Shown here: one piece after another, positions 33,137 to 45,788 of the stretch
Numbering within the stretch: position 1 is the first letter of the stretch
Layout of the letters: each line of letters starts with the position of its first letter
Source: Paraphysomonas bandaiensis
Taxonomy: Eukaryota; Protista; Chrysophyceae
Length of the DNA: 64,000 bases
NCBI GenBank assembly: GCA_965644295.1
Contig: CBFFRP010000141.1
Location: forward strand, 186,001-250,000
Direction: 5' to 3'
The notes under the pieces: generated by a model
The model's input: only the letters and a program-made list of their open reading frames with translations
What the model was told of the DNA's origin: nothing
Database searches by the model: none
Made by a program: the position numbers and the translations under genes

Positions 33137-35380
33137 ATGGAAGATAAGGAGAGTCGCAGTGATAGTCCATTGAAGAAGAGCGACCCGAATGAGAGTGATA
33201 AGAAATCAGAAAGAAAGAGCGACAGCCACTCTCATGATGAGAGCACTAATCGAAGAGAGGGGAAACAGTGTCATTATAGCTCAGACTCCAAAAGTATTGA
33301 CGATGATATAAACTCCTTATTCGAGAAAGGTCTGAGCGATCAGCTGTGTTGCATCTGCTACATACATTATTTACGTTGTTATTAGGTGACGGGTCGGAAA
33401 ATGATACGTTATCGAGGAACCATCCATTGGCAGAATTTCTGAAACAGAATAAGGGGATGCTAAAAGGTTTGTCACAAGAAGAATTTAAGGCGAAGTATAG
33501 TGCGTATATGAAAGGGCTAGAAAGTAAAGATATTGCACCATCAAAACCAGAACATAAACGATCGAATTCTGCTGATATCGACCGAGGTATGCCTGGACTT
33601 GTAGAGGAAACTACTAGAGATTTCCTCGACAAGATTGTTCTCAAGTTTACAACCATGTCTGAGACTAATTCTGAGGCACCATCATTCACTGTCGACACGA
33701 AAGGGGCGAAGATCGGACGAGATCAAAGCAATGAGGTGTGTGTTCCGTCTGACACTCGCTTAGCACACGAAGGTCACTCTTTTATTGAGCACTCTGACGG
33801 CAGTTTTTATCTACTGGATGGAGGGTATGACTTCTCCGCTAGCATTCGTATTAGTGTGGGAGTCAAGAAAAAAGAGTGGATCATGATGGAGAAGGCACGG
33901 TTTTCAGCAGGCAATTCAGTGTTTGAGTGCAATGGAGTGACACCAGAGGGTAACCTTATCCTGGAAGTTATAGAAGGTCCCCTGAAGGGTGAACGTCGAG
34001 TTGTAACAAAGAAAGGTGCGAGTCTTGGGCGATCCTCTGATAATATTATCGCGATACCGGACCGCGAACTCTCCCGGCGCCATTCAAGAGTGGAATGGGA
34101 CGAGCATCTGCAAGAATATTGTGTGTGCGATATTGGTAGTACCAATGGCACGTACATGCAGTTGGTAGGCCCTTATGCAGGCCGTTATAAACTGTGTATT
34201 AATGATCACATTTTGGTCGGGCGAACCGGGTTCTCTATCAACAGGTTCGATTATGGCCTGTCTGAAGAGATAGGCCACCGACAGACCATGGAGGATAGCT
34301 GTACTATCGTTCAGCATATGGACTTACCCAATCTCAATATTCTAAACCTGGCCCCACAGTCTTTTTTTGGTGTATTTGACGGACATGGAGGATGCAACGC
34401 CTCGCTGTATTTGTCGCAAAACCTCCATACGAACGTCGGAGAGGCCTTGTTGAAACATAGCGAAGATTTACGTGTGCTCATGACAGAAATTGATGGTGGG
34501 GGCGTAGATAATAACCAGTCACTGAAGGACAGGCTCGACCGCATTGTCATTGATGCACTGGAAACCGCATTCCTGAAAACGGACCACGACTTCGTTACTA
34601 CGTCGGAGCACGCGCAAAACGGATCGACGGCGACCACTGCTCTAATCCTGGGCAGGCGTCTCTACTGTGCTAATGTGGGAGACTCTCGGACAATGCTATG
34701 CCGACGATTTGAACCGAAACCTATGTCTGAAGATCATAAGCCTACTCGAGAAGACGAGCAGAAGCGCATCAGAGACGCTGGTGGGTTCGTAATAAATAAC
34801 AGAGTCATGGGGGAGTTGGCAGTATCACGCGCATTTGGCGACGCCGAATTCAAAAAAGGCATTCAGGTAACGCATTTTTTATTGAGGCATCCTTAGTGCA
34901 AGTAATATCTACTTTTCTGTATCTTTTTATACGAAGAGCATAATCGACGAAGAGGGCGTGAAAATGTCAACGTCCAGCAGCACTGGAAGTGGAAAAGATG
35001 ACGAGAGCAAAGAAAAAAACTGGGACCAGCCTCTCATCATAGCCAAACCCGATGTAGAGGTATGTGTTCTATTCACGTGGAGCTGCGATGACGTGTGATA
35101 CTGCAGACGACAACACTCACAGAAGAAGACCAATTTCTATTGTTGGCCTGCGATGGACTGTTTGATGTGTTCACTGAGCAAGAGGTCGTCGAATTTGTAA
35201 AGCGCAACATGGAAGAGCACGGCGACGCCCAGAAGTGCTGCGAGGTATATATCGTACCTACATCCCCACTATGTACAGTCATCTTGTGTTAAACAGAGCA
35301 TCACCGATAAAGCAATCAACCAACGGAATTCTCGAGATAATGTATCCGTAATCCTAATCATTCTTAATAAGTGGTATTAG
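33137..35380 (+). CDS. PP2C/PPM phosphatase with two N-terminal FHA domains (5 exons)
   Basis: FHA1 GAKIGRDQSN..H (degenerate); FHA2 LGRSSDN..SRRH..GSTNGT; PP2C motifs MED, FGVFDGHGG, NVGDSR, LAVSRAFGD, LACDGLFD and RDNVSV; stop at 35378-35380. Confidence 0.93.
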
Positions 35381-35704
35381 TCGTAGTTGCATAAGAAATA
35401 TCACCAAATTTGCCGTTAGCTTCTTCTCGGTGTAATGGATGGGTTGTGATTTGAAATATATTTGATTCTCTATCGATACTTACCGTGCGTTATATTTGAT
35501 GCCCTCGGGGATCACTGCTCTTGGGGATTATTTAGTTGAAAGTGTTCCTCGAGTAAGTTCGTGTTGGCATAAGTAATAAAAAAAAGATAAGTATAAAGAA
35601 AGTAGCTAATCAGGCTCTTCCACTCCGAATACTTGAAATCAATACACGTTACGTTCTCAATTCTCAATAATATTACAATCTCATATACAACCTTCGGTCG
35701 CTCT

Positions 35705-36010
35705 CCATGGGGTTGCCAACAATACACCTGCTGCTGGTATGTATCACTATACACGATCTCATATACTACACTTCATTTATGTATATGTCTATATTACAAT
35801 ATCAGAATAATATATGCATATATTACATGATGCAGAAGAAAGGACTGTCACTACGGAAGCTTACTGCTTCAAAGGCATTTCATGTAAGCATGTAACCGTA
35901 AGTAGCTAGAAACTACACTGTGTTTCATTTATAGTAATATATTTAAAGTAATATAGTATCTAATCATGTATGTGTTGTCTGTGTATAATATATAGTTACG
36001 TTGATGTGAG
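35705..36010. repeat. Dispersed repeat; inverted copy at 37035-37149 plus 38117-38343
   Basis: The reverse complement aligns across the TIR-element insertion and provides its empty site. Confidence 0.8.
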
Positions 36011-36564
36011 ATTTTCATAAGTATTATTATGGTATATTTATATCACCGCAATATTCACCAAGGGGCAACCACTTTTGCTCTATCACTCAACGCAAACGCA
36101 GTGAGCAAGCAAAATGTTGATATATCTGACATTTGTTGACTTCATGTCCTTTATGTGATGCATCATACAACCATAAACCATAGTAGTTAACGTCTGTTAT
36201 AGCTCTTTAATTGATACATTTTAGAAATCGGGTAACATGAATCCCATCGTCCGAAACTACAGTCAAACTTAAATTTGATAGTTTTAGGTTTTAAGTGTTA
36301 GAATACTTGCAATCGTCTTGAAGCAGCAAACTTGAAGCAGTATAATTGATACATCTTTATTATAATACACTTTATCAGCAGGTCATTTATTTGTTGTTAC
36401 ATATTTATTTCATACCTTCGGGGATCGTCCTCTTGGCAATACTTAGAGTGTACTATCGGGAGTGAGGTTAGCGTTTATCGTGTCCCAGCTTTAGTATATA
36501 TATATCGTGTAAATTACAATACCACAGTTCAAACAAATGCTCCAAGATCGCAGTCAACGCAACG

Positions 36565-36792
36565 CTGCTTCCTCAAGGGCTCCACCTAGACTCCCTCCCA
36601 TCCGGCGAAGACAACCTCAGGTTCTCCGACTCTTATTGGAGTGACAAAAGACGGTATGTGCCCTATACCTAATCACGCCCCAGGTTAACAGTTCCCTCCA
36701 CATTTCGACGTCTAGCTATATCACTACACAACCCATAAGTTCCCCCACTTCGGACCCGTTGGTGCCTCAGTATAGAGAATCTCAACTGGGCA
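36565..36792 (+). repeat. Second copy of LINE-relic segment 29990-30240
   Basis: Shared AGGGCTCCACCTAGACTC..AAAAGACGGTATGTGCCCTATACCTAATC..CCCATAAGTTCCCCCACTTCGGACCCG. Confidence 0.85.
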
Positions 36793-37149
36793 AATAAATG
36801 TCGATATGTGATCGTGAAACCTGGTAAAGTGATTTTACCAGGTTTCATATAATATTATGGAAAAGTGTCACATAAGTATTTATTACAGAGCAATTTTAAT
36901 GTTAATCACAATTTAGTTGTTGTTGTATATTTTTAATTACATATACTCTTAAAACATTTTACTAAAATATAGTATTGCTACTTTACATATATTGTTACTT
37001 TTTATATATTATACTATAATAATACTTATGAAAAAAAACTACATCAATGTAACTACATAAGTATTATAGACAGACAACATCACGTGATAAGGTATTTTAT
37101 AACTTAAATAATTATATATATATTATTACTATAAATGAAACACAGTGTA

Positions 37150-38116
37150 AAGTCGAGGTAATACCAAAACCTGGTAAAGCAATTTCACCAGGTTTCATAT
37201 ATAAGTATTGAGTTATTATTTTACTGTAATTTGTATCTGAGAGGTTAAAGATAAAGAAAAAGTCGCAAGTATAGTTGTTATTAGCAGTATTTATTGCGTT
37301 AAAAGTTGGCCCTGCTATTATTACTTGTGTTTTGTAATATCATATTCTCATATAGCTACATCTGCTTCGCTTGAGACTGCAAACGCTCCAACCGAATAGC
37401 CTGATTTTGGATACATTGCATACACATATAGCTATCTTTACCACTACTACTTACAATAGTATTAGTACCTATGCTCGGAAACGACGTGAGGTCCGGGTGT
37501 GTGCAGGTGAGAAGCATGTGTGCCATGTTGTCAATTGGGAGTGCACAGTCTGCGCATGCTGAGGCCGTTGTTATGTGATCAGGCCCGGTTTTTCCTTTGG
37601 CTTGGTTTCTGCCCATCGCGTATGATTTGTCCCATACGTAGGTGTATAGTGAAATGGTATATGGGTGTATAGTGAGATAGTGTAGTGATGTATAGTTAGG
37701 TTGTATAGTGGTATACAGTATATGGTATAGTGGTATAATATAGTGGGATGGTATAGTGATGCATAGTAATATGGTATGGGTGTATAGTGAGATGGTATAT
37801 GGGTGTGAGATGGTATGTGGGTGTATTTTGAGATGGTATAGTGGTGTTTAGTGAGATGGTAAAGTGGTGTATAGTGAGATGGTTATAGTTCATACTTGTG
37901 AACTGTATGTAATATATATGTGTAGTCGGTGACTTTTATTGCTGTAAAACTGAAGTAATATGGAAGACATTAGTAAAAAATATTATAAATAATACTTTTC
38001 ATACTGTTATTATCTTCATAGTTACTTATTGTGCATAGTTATACCCTTTTCCAACCATCATCAAAAATTTCACCAGGTTTTACATCAAAAGCCAGGTTTT
38101 GGTATTACCTCGACTT
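37150..38116. mobile_element. Non-autonomous DNA transposon with 25-bp perfect TIR and 3-bp TSD (GTA), superfamily unresolved
   Basis: AAGTCGAGGTAATACCAAAACCTGG / CCAGGTTTTGGTATTACCTCGACTT; GTA on both sides; the paralogous empty site at ~35905-35930 has a single GTA. Confidence 0.88.
37640..37890. repeat. Degenerate GTGTATAGTGAGATGGTATA-type minisatellite inside the TIR element
   Basis: Recurring GTATAGTG and GAGATGGTA units. Confidence 0.75.
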
Positions 38117-39145
38117 GTAGTTTCTAGCTACTTTTTTCGGCAAGCTAAATACTTAACATGAAGCGCCTTTGAAGCACTAAGCTTTCGTAGTGACAGTTCT
38201 TTTTCTGAATCATGTAATCCACGCAACCCATCATTCTGATCTTGTAACGTATAGACATAAGTGAAGTAGTGCAGTATAATATCAGATCGTGTATCGTAAA
38301 AATATACATACCAGCAGTAGGTGTACTGTTGGCAATTACCCCAAGGGGAATGACTGGAGGTGCAGGCAGCCCGGCAATATCAAGAGGAACTACCTAAAGG
38401 TTCAGGGGAAGAATAGGAAGTGTTCTAACGTGCACAACTAAATCACTAGCAGTGAATGTCTGATTATTAGCAATAGGCGTGTAAGAGTCAGAACTAATGT
38501 AGCGTTGAAAATTAACTAACTAGTGCTTAACTCTGATTTTCCACTATTTTGCGCTACGAAAGCTGCTTAAGCGTCACCGCAAGCACTACAGCCTAATACC
38601 CCGACCCTTGAGGTGGGCCCATTCCAGGTTACCTGTTTAGTCATCAAGGCCCAAAGATGTCTATATGTCTATACACAAGTGATACTTATTATTGTCCCTT
38701 GTATCACACAAGCATTAGGCTACAAGTGGGCGGAACAATATCTGCTGACTATATACTATATATGCGAGTCACGTTAGTTTCCCGATTTTGCTGAGGGAAC
38801 CCCAACGTAGGCGACTCCGCCAGCTCTATTTACGTCCAAACATATACCCTGCAGTCAGCAGTAAGCGTCGCCCCGAGACTACAAAATAGGATATCATAGT
38901 TAAGCTATGCTATATTAGTTATGCTACATTAGTTCTGACTCTTACACGCCTATTGCTACTAATAAGACCTTCACTACCTCTACATGTATCTCATGCGGTT
39001 ATTACTTACCGCTATATCCTCCGCAATATACTGTTGTATTTACATTACCATACACTCTACACTCCATACCACAGTTGAAGCATTGTACATAGCAGTTAGC
39101 AAATGTATAACTACTACTAGTATAAACTTGCTACAGCCAGTGTGG

Positions 39146-40442
39146 CTATCTATCAAATCCAAGAGATTCCATAACCACTGGTACGTAGAATGTTAACGTC
39201 CCCACATCATTGGGCGACAGAGTAACATGCAACACAAACGCTTCATCATCAGATATATCTGTAAAACATCCGTCAGAATTGCAAAAAATCTGTACGACAG
39301 CAGCACGCATCTAACGCAATTTACGACAAGTGAATGCAACGTAATTCTGCAAAACGAGAACACATAGTACGATGTGCTTACACATGACAGCGTTTAGCAA
39401 CGATATATGTTGAACGTTCAACACAGTAGAAAGACGCCTGACATCCAGTTTAACAGAAGCACTGTTTCCAATATCCCTATCTCTGTTCAGAACCTCTGCA
39501 AAAAAGCTTCCTTAAATATACATACAGTAACATACATAACGGCATTGTCAGAAAAAAAACAGGAAATGCGTACACCACTTATAATACATCAGTTCATATT
39601 CTATCATACCGAATCTAGGGGTTAGACCCGTGTAATATGTTTTTATAGTCACCAGTGAGTTCTCAACGCGGAATATGACCTTACCGCTTTGTTCAGCATC
39701 AATATGAAGGTACTTCGATATCTGCAATATGACCTAAGTTATGTGCAAACATCCAAGTCACGACGCACCTTGCTAATTCTATCCACAATTGTTTTCATTA
39801 ATTTTCCTCTTGGAAGCTCAAGAGACACCTAGGCATTGTTAGATCAAAACATATACAACACTATCACCGAGTCAACTCACAGAAGGAGGTGACATTTCAG
39901 GTGGAAGGTAGTATATTATATCGCTAGGTTTGAGGACCCGTATGGGGATGTCGTGTGTGATATCTATGGCACCTTGGGCCTGAAGTAGTGAAATTATGTG
40001 ATATGAAAGCCAAGTGGTATAGAGATGAGCACTACAAGATGCACATACAATACACTCACACATACATATACGCAAGATAACAGATCAATCAAAAAACCTT
40101 TGATTCAAAGCACAGGAATGGTCGCGCTCCTCTCTTAACGAGCTTAAGCTGACATTGTGGTACTTGTTTACCCGATGCCAGCGCACGGAGAAGCAAATCC
40201 ATCTCCACCTCGATCAATATTGCATTCGAACTCTGACTTTCAATTCGATACTCAAAGAAGAGACTCTGGTGATTGAGCTCACAGAAAACTTTCGGTGTGT
40301 CCGGGCTTTCAGTGACCACACTCACTCTGATGCACTCCTCGTTAAGGTACACCACACCCACACTACTTATTCGCTCAAGCACACCCAACACGCTGCTGAA
40401 CGTCATGAGGTTCTCCTTCATTATTTTGGCTTTGAATCGCAT
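39146..40442 (-). CDS. HUS1: HUS1 (9-1-1 checkpoint clamp subunit), multi-exon
   Basis: MRFKAKI.., FFEYRIESQSSNAILIEV..LLRAL..LKLVKRGARPFLCFE, ITHDIPIRVL and terminal TLTFYVP. Internal exon boundaries only partly resolved. Confidence 0.88.
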
Positions 40443-40878
40443 TTTCAATTATAACTGTGTCTGGAATAGCTCTTCTGTATCTGGCATGATGTGTCGACCC
40501 GCCTGCACACTGCACACAGACGGCATGCAATTCGAATTGGAATATCAACAACAACCCCCGTGAAGTGCGAAGTGTAATGTTTCGAGTAGCATATACTGTA
40601 CTGTATATATTGAAATACAATGCTCAAAACCTCACTTTTGATATATTTCCTAGATTTTCGTGTTTTCGGATTTGATGTGTACGAAGTGTATACTGCTGCT
40701 GTACGTCTGTACTCGCTCAAGGAAGTACCACAGTCGGTGGGTACAAAGATATCCTCCTCCATTGCATTATGTGAAGGTGGATTGCTATCTGGTAAGTCCA
40801 CATACACGACTCCAGAATGTGAAATATGAGGTCAAAGTATATATACAGGCTGTGTCCGCACACTCCAAATAGTTTACC

Positions 40879-42117
40879 ATGCATGTCAGTGTTGTGCGGT
40901 TTATGTTTTCCGTCAGCTTGGTCAGTGTTGTGTTATTCTCTCAGGTGAAGCATGCGTATTGCGACACTATTGAGCACAAACAATGCACGTCATGTGGATG
41001 GATTATTTCACCCCGTAACTCTGTGGAACCGTCACTAGGGTTAATCTATGTTCACATGAGGAAAGCTGGAGGAACTGCTGTTTTAAATTTACTTCAGAAG
41101 TGGCTGTATTCGAAGCAGTGCATCCCCTCTATTCTGAAGAGGAACCGTTTGCTTCACGGATTTTATGAAGGGAACTACAAGAACAAAAACAGTTCTGCAG
41201 TGGAAACTATTGAGCGTTGCCCAAATGTAGACTTTCGTCACAATGAATTTCACTGTCTTTCCGTGGACTCCCCTATTCGACAACTTCCCAGTCTCCGTGA
41301 ACGGAAGCACATAACTTTTTCGATATTTACAGTGTTTCGCGACCCCATAGCTCGGTTAGTGTCGCAGGCGTTTTATAGTGGGTACGGCGTAGGTAATCAA
41401 GTGAGACGGTCTCTCATTGAAGCCTGCGTGCCGTCAGACTTTTCCCATACTTTCAAAGTGTCTGGATGTAGTACCAATGAGTCGGTAGCTTTCCCTGTTA
41501 TATGTGACTGTATAGCCGATACTACTAAACAAACAATAAGTATTTTGCGATCAAACGAAACAATATGGTTTGACTGGTACTCTCGCCAGTCATTTGGTGA
41601 TGGTGCTATGTCGAACTATTACATCAAGCGACTTACCAATGGCTATGTGAGTTTGGTATCCGCGAAAGGTAATGCATATTCTCCGTCGGAGTGTTTCAAA
41701 CACCCTAACTCTTCATGCCGAGGAAATCTGTTATCTACTTTGGGTGGCTCTCGGAAATGTAACAGGCATCTAAGAGATGTGGAGCGCTCCTTAGAGGATG
41801 CGAAGACCTTACTTCGAGACCATTTTGAGTTTCTCGTTCTGGAAAGGTTCTCAGAAGTGTCTTCTGCCCGGGCTTTGAGCCGAATTCTTAGAGAACCTTC
41901 CTTGTCTGTCACCAAGGAACTTCTGAGTACTCATAGTAACACCGGCTGGGCAAGAAAAAGCAGCAATGAAAATAGTAATAGTGTGATAAATCCAGAAGAT
42001 GTAATGCCGGGGTCATTTTTAGATTTTCTGAAACGGGAGAATGCCGCTGATATAGCACTCTATAAGTATGTAAATGAAATTTTCGATTCTAGGTCGAACT
42101 TGCAGTGGGATGAGTGA
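40879..42117 (+). CDS. Golgi/secreted-type sulfotransferase (Sulfotransfer_2-like)
   Basis: N-terminal hydrophobic segment, 5'-PSB YVHMRKAGGT, 3'-PB TVFRDPIARLVSQAFY and C-terminal ENAADIALY. Confidence 0.8.
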   Translation: MHVSVVRFMFSVSLVSVVLFSQVKHAYCDTIEHKQCTSCGWIISPRNSVEPSLGLIYVHMRKAGGTAVLNLLQKWLYSKQCIPSILKRNRLLHGFYEGNYKNKNSSAVETIERCPNVDFRHNEFHCLSVDSPIRQLPSLRERKHITFSIFTVFRDPIARLVSQAFYSGYGVGNQVRRSLIEACVPSDFSHTFKVSGCSTNESVAFPVICDCIADTTKQTISILRSNETIWFDWYSRQSFGDGAMSNYYIKRLTNGYVSLVSAKGNAYSPSECFKHPNSSCRGNLLSTLGGSRKCNRHLRDVERSLEDAKTLLRDHFEFLVLERFSEVSSARALSRILREPSLSVTKELLSTHSNTGWARKSSNENSNSVINPEDVMPGSFLDFLKRENAADIALYKYVNEIFDSRSNLQWDE

Positions 42118-43597
42118 TAGAAGCGCATAAAAATATATTACGAATTGTTCTTGCAAACATGGTATCTGTGCAACTATATACGAGGCAGCTACAACAACGA
42201 GGCAGATTTATTATGAGTTCAATCAATCCTGTACCGGGGATATCTACCTGCAAAATAGGCAACATTAAATTTTATCTTCTTATGCATGGGTGGTCGATTT
42301 TGTTATCTGATTATCTGGGAAGTAATAGTAAACAGAAACTTCAACACAATTTAATTGACTTCTATTCTCCTTATTAGACATTGTATCCACATTTTAATAT
42401 CTGGTAAAGGCCACACTCACATTCACCTCCTTTATCCTACTTACAACATACTTAAAGACGATATATATTGCAGTATTCCTATATTCTATATTATACAATA
42501 CAGTAATATATTGTTCCGTAGCTCTGATATATCCGAAATTAGAACACATGCTGTGTCTCATATTGAGTCACATACATGCATATATGCATATGGCTGTCTC
42601 CTTGTAATATACAAGGATTTACATCGAATTTTCTTCTATTTAGCTGACGATGATTTAACTTAGAACTAAGGTATATATCATAAGTATTTTAAATTTATAG
42701 TATATTACAAGGCTTCTTACCTTTAATAAATGTCGGTCCTAGATAAGAAAATCATCCAGCTCCGGACAAAATTAAATAATAGACAACACACTTTTTATAA
42801 AAGAAACTAAAAATTGTATTTCTGCTTTCCAAAGGAATCGAAACTACAGCATATATATTGACATGTTCAGTGTGCTCTAATCAATACAGTAGTCGAGAGA
42901 AGGGAGTATCAGATTCAATTTGCGATCCCTCCAATGCAGACGACTGCAAGGATATATTAGAGCATGAGCCCAGACAAAGAAGGACCTCGTGGACCTAGCG
43001 GAGGAGTGTAATGAAGAGGATGGGAAGAGGGGCGACCCCAAGTGTGATGTGATTTCAGAACCTGAGCACAAGTCAAAGATTATTAGAGTTCTTCCTTTGG
43101 AAGGAAGTTTCTTTCAGTGTAACTCATTCAAATGGTTCTCACTCCTATGGTAGAAAGAAATTCGCGAGTGATACTGAATATCCAGAAGAATGGTTGCCTT
43201 CCTGTTATCTCTTATGTGTTTGTTTTCTTGTCTCTGGATATCAACATCATGATCATAGTGGTGAAGCAGCCAACAACTGGAACTCCTCTGCGGGTGGTGG
43301 CTGATCGTATCATATCATATCCTCTGAGACTACCATTGTATTACACGTATTTACTACTGAGCTCCTCATATGGGTATGGTGTGGTGGCTACCAGTGGACA
43401 TTTCCAGCAACACCAGAATGTAATGTATATATAGTAATAGTATACTGCTGTACATACTCTGCTGTCCTACGTCGTACATATCAGCCACAACGCCACAACG
43501 CAACACCAACACACCACTGGAGCGGAGAAGTAAAGGCGCAGTTGCACCTGTCATTCCAGTATTCGATTTAGTTGCTATTCAGATATAGAGTTAACTA

Positions 43598-44425
43598 ATG
43601 CTCTCGACAATGAATTTTTTTCTTCCTAGGAAGCAATACCACTCACAGTCATCTCTGAGACCAGAGATCGGCTCTCCTGGACTCAATTTACAGTACATGT
43701 CAAGCGTCATCAAGCGCTCGTACCTGTCTGACTACGAGTTACTTAGCAACCCAAGTTACTGCGCTAAACAAGTGAAAGATGTTGCCCTCAAATCTGCACT
43801 CTTACAGGGCGTTTTAGTGATGAATGAGTACAATCAACACCTACTCAAACAACTCGAAGCCGAGAATCGCGGAGAGAAAGTGGAGGATTTTGACTTCGAG
43901 CCAGCTGTTTCTGAATATTTGGGGAAAACATTTCATGCATTTGTTAAAAACTCACTAATTGTTGTGACACGGAAGATGTATGAGGCCATATGTGTAGCCA
44001 ATGTTAGCATTAGAACTGCCGATCGCCTAACTAAAGACGTATACAAAAGTGCTGTTAGAAAATTGGCGAGATTCAGTAATGTGGAGACATGTTATCGCAT
44101 ATTCTTCACAGGTGTATGGTCTGGCCTGCTTCGTGTGGCCGCGCTCTTCACGGTGGACTGTGGATATTGCCTATACGAGCACTTTACGTCCGACGAGAAG
44201 CAAAATGAGAGAAAAATGTGCCAGTCAAAATTATCATTACCAACGGTGAAATGGGCGATTAAGTGGGCTGGGAAACGCATTACCTTCCACTCCATATGCA
44301 TGGTGTGGGCTTCCGCTGGGTATGCGGTGGGTGTTTTGGTGGAGCCAAAATATACAGCTACACTTTGTGCGGCATTGTTTGAAACTGCTGCAGCTGCCGC
44401 CCTCACTCCTATTCTAATGCAATAA
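43598..44425 (+). CDS. Hypothetical protein with C-terminal hydrophobic helices
   Basis: 275-aa ATG ORF with coding-like composition; no family recognised. Confidence 0.65.
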   Translation: MLSTMNFFLPRKQYHSQSSLRPEIGSPGLNLQYMSSVIKRSYLSDYELLSNPSYCAKQVKDVALKSALLQGVLVMNEYNQHLLKQLEAENRGEKVEDFDFEPAVSEYLGKTFHAFVKNSLIVVTRKMYEAICVANVSIRTADRLTKDVYKSAVRKLARFSNVETCYRIFFTGVWSGLLRVAALFTVDCGYCLYEHFTSDEKQNERKMCQSKLSLPTVKWAIKWAGKRITFHSICMVWASAGYAVGVLVEPKYTATLCAALFETAAAAALTPILMQ

Positions 44426-45788
44426 TATATCGCTATTATCCCGTGTTATTGCTGCGAATCTTCGTTTTAGTGCCAACATTAAGATTAATATTATAGCTAA
44501 TGTAGTTTTCAGGCAAGCAAGTGCGTGTATAGTTTTTGATTTAGTTTGGCCGAAACGCAATTTGAGGACTATGAACAATGCACGTAGCATTAAGTCATAA
44601 GTATATCTGACTAGCATGCCTCATATGTCATCCCTAGTCATGATGTTGGTATATACACTGCTTTTCCATGCTGTGTAGTAATCCATATTACTCGAAGTTT
44701 ATTAACGTTTATGACTAAATACGATCAGTTCATTTGAAATTGTTTTTATGTTATGTTGACGCGCATGGTCGAAAAGAGAGAAAAAAACTTTTCCCTCGAA
44801 ATCATCCGACCTGATTTAACAATACTAACAAGTGAGGTAACTCTGTTCGTTTGTTATAACTACTTCTTCAGTAAGAGATATATCCAGTTCGCTGTATAAC
44901 AAAAATATTAGAAATTATATCTAGGATATCACGCATTGCGACTTCTACTACACCATCAACTTTTATTTTTTCTCTACAATGCCAAATCTAATATAGGACA
45001 AATTTTATATACACCTTTGATACCACCAGTCAGATTACCTGCTTTATCAGTTTGGTGATCCCAGAATTTTATATTTATAGCGGCATTTTGACCAGTCCAG
45101 TAGCTATGACAACATCGACAATATCGGATCATCAATAAGTAAGAAGTGAACATAGAATACATTGCTCCCTTCTCTGGACTTCATTTTTTCTTTCTACATC
45201 CCTTTTAAACTCTGATATAAAGAGAAAAGAGATGTATCAATGTTCCAGGTCATTCATAGCCGACCTTTCCCCATACTTGGACACTCAAATTGTTCGGTCA
45301 GAGAGTTCTGATATGATTTAGCGCCTACTGTAGCTTTTTTTCTTCCTGGATTCATTATATTGACTATATACTTCCACATGATGACTGCTGGCTGCCTCAG
45401 GTCCACCTTCCAAAGTGAGTTCTTCGCATGCATTCAGCCCATTCATACGTTTGGGGAGGTTCATTACATAGAACTGTTACTGCTCGATGGCATACATCTA
45501 CTGTTTATCATAGACATTGAGTGTGCTGTCCATATGTGTACGTCTAGACGTGTTATATTTCGTCTCAGCCATTTCCAACTACAGGAAGAATAAAAAATGG
45601 AGATTTCTAATAAAAATACACAGTTTACAACATATACAGTAAATGTAAAATACAGTAGCTACCACAAAACAATTGGATAAGACCTGCTCAACCTTCTCTC
45701 TCCGTATGAAGCATAGTATAGTATATGCGTATCTCCACCTGCTGTGGACGGTGGTATCATTGGTTTTGTGAAGCTTACTAAGATTGGT

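Noticed and set aside
44974-45600. Helicase- or transposase-like peptide scraps
   Set aside because: Matches are too short and interrupted to support a call.
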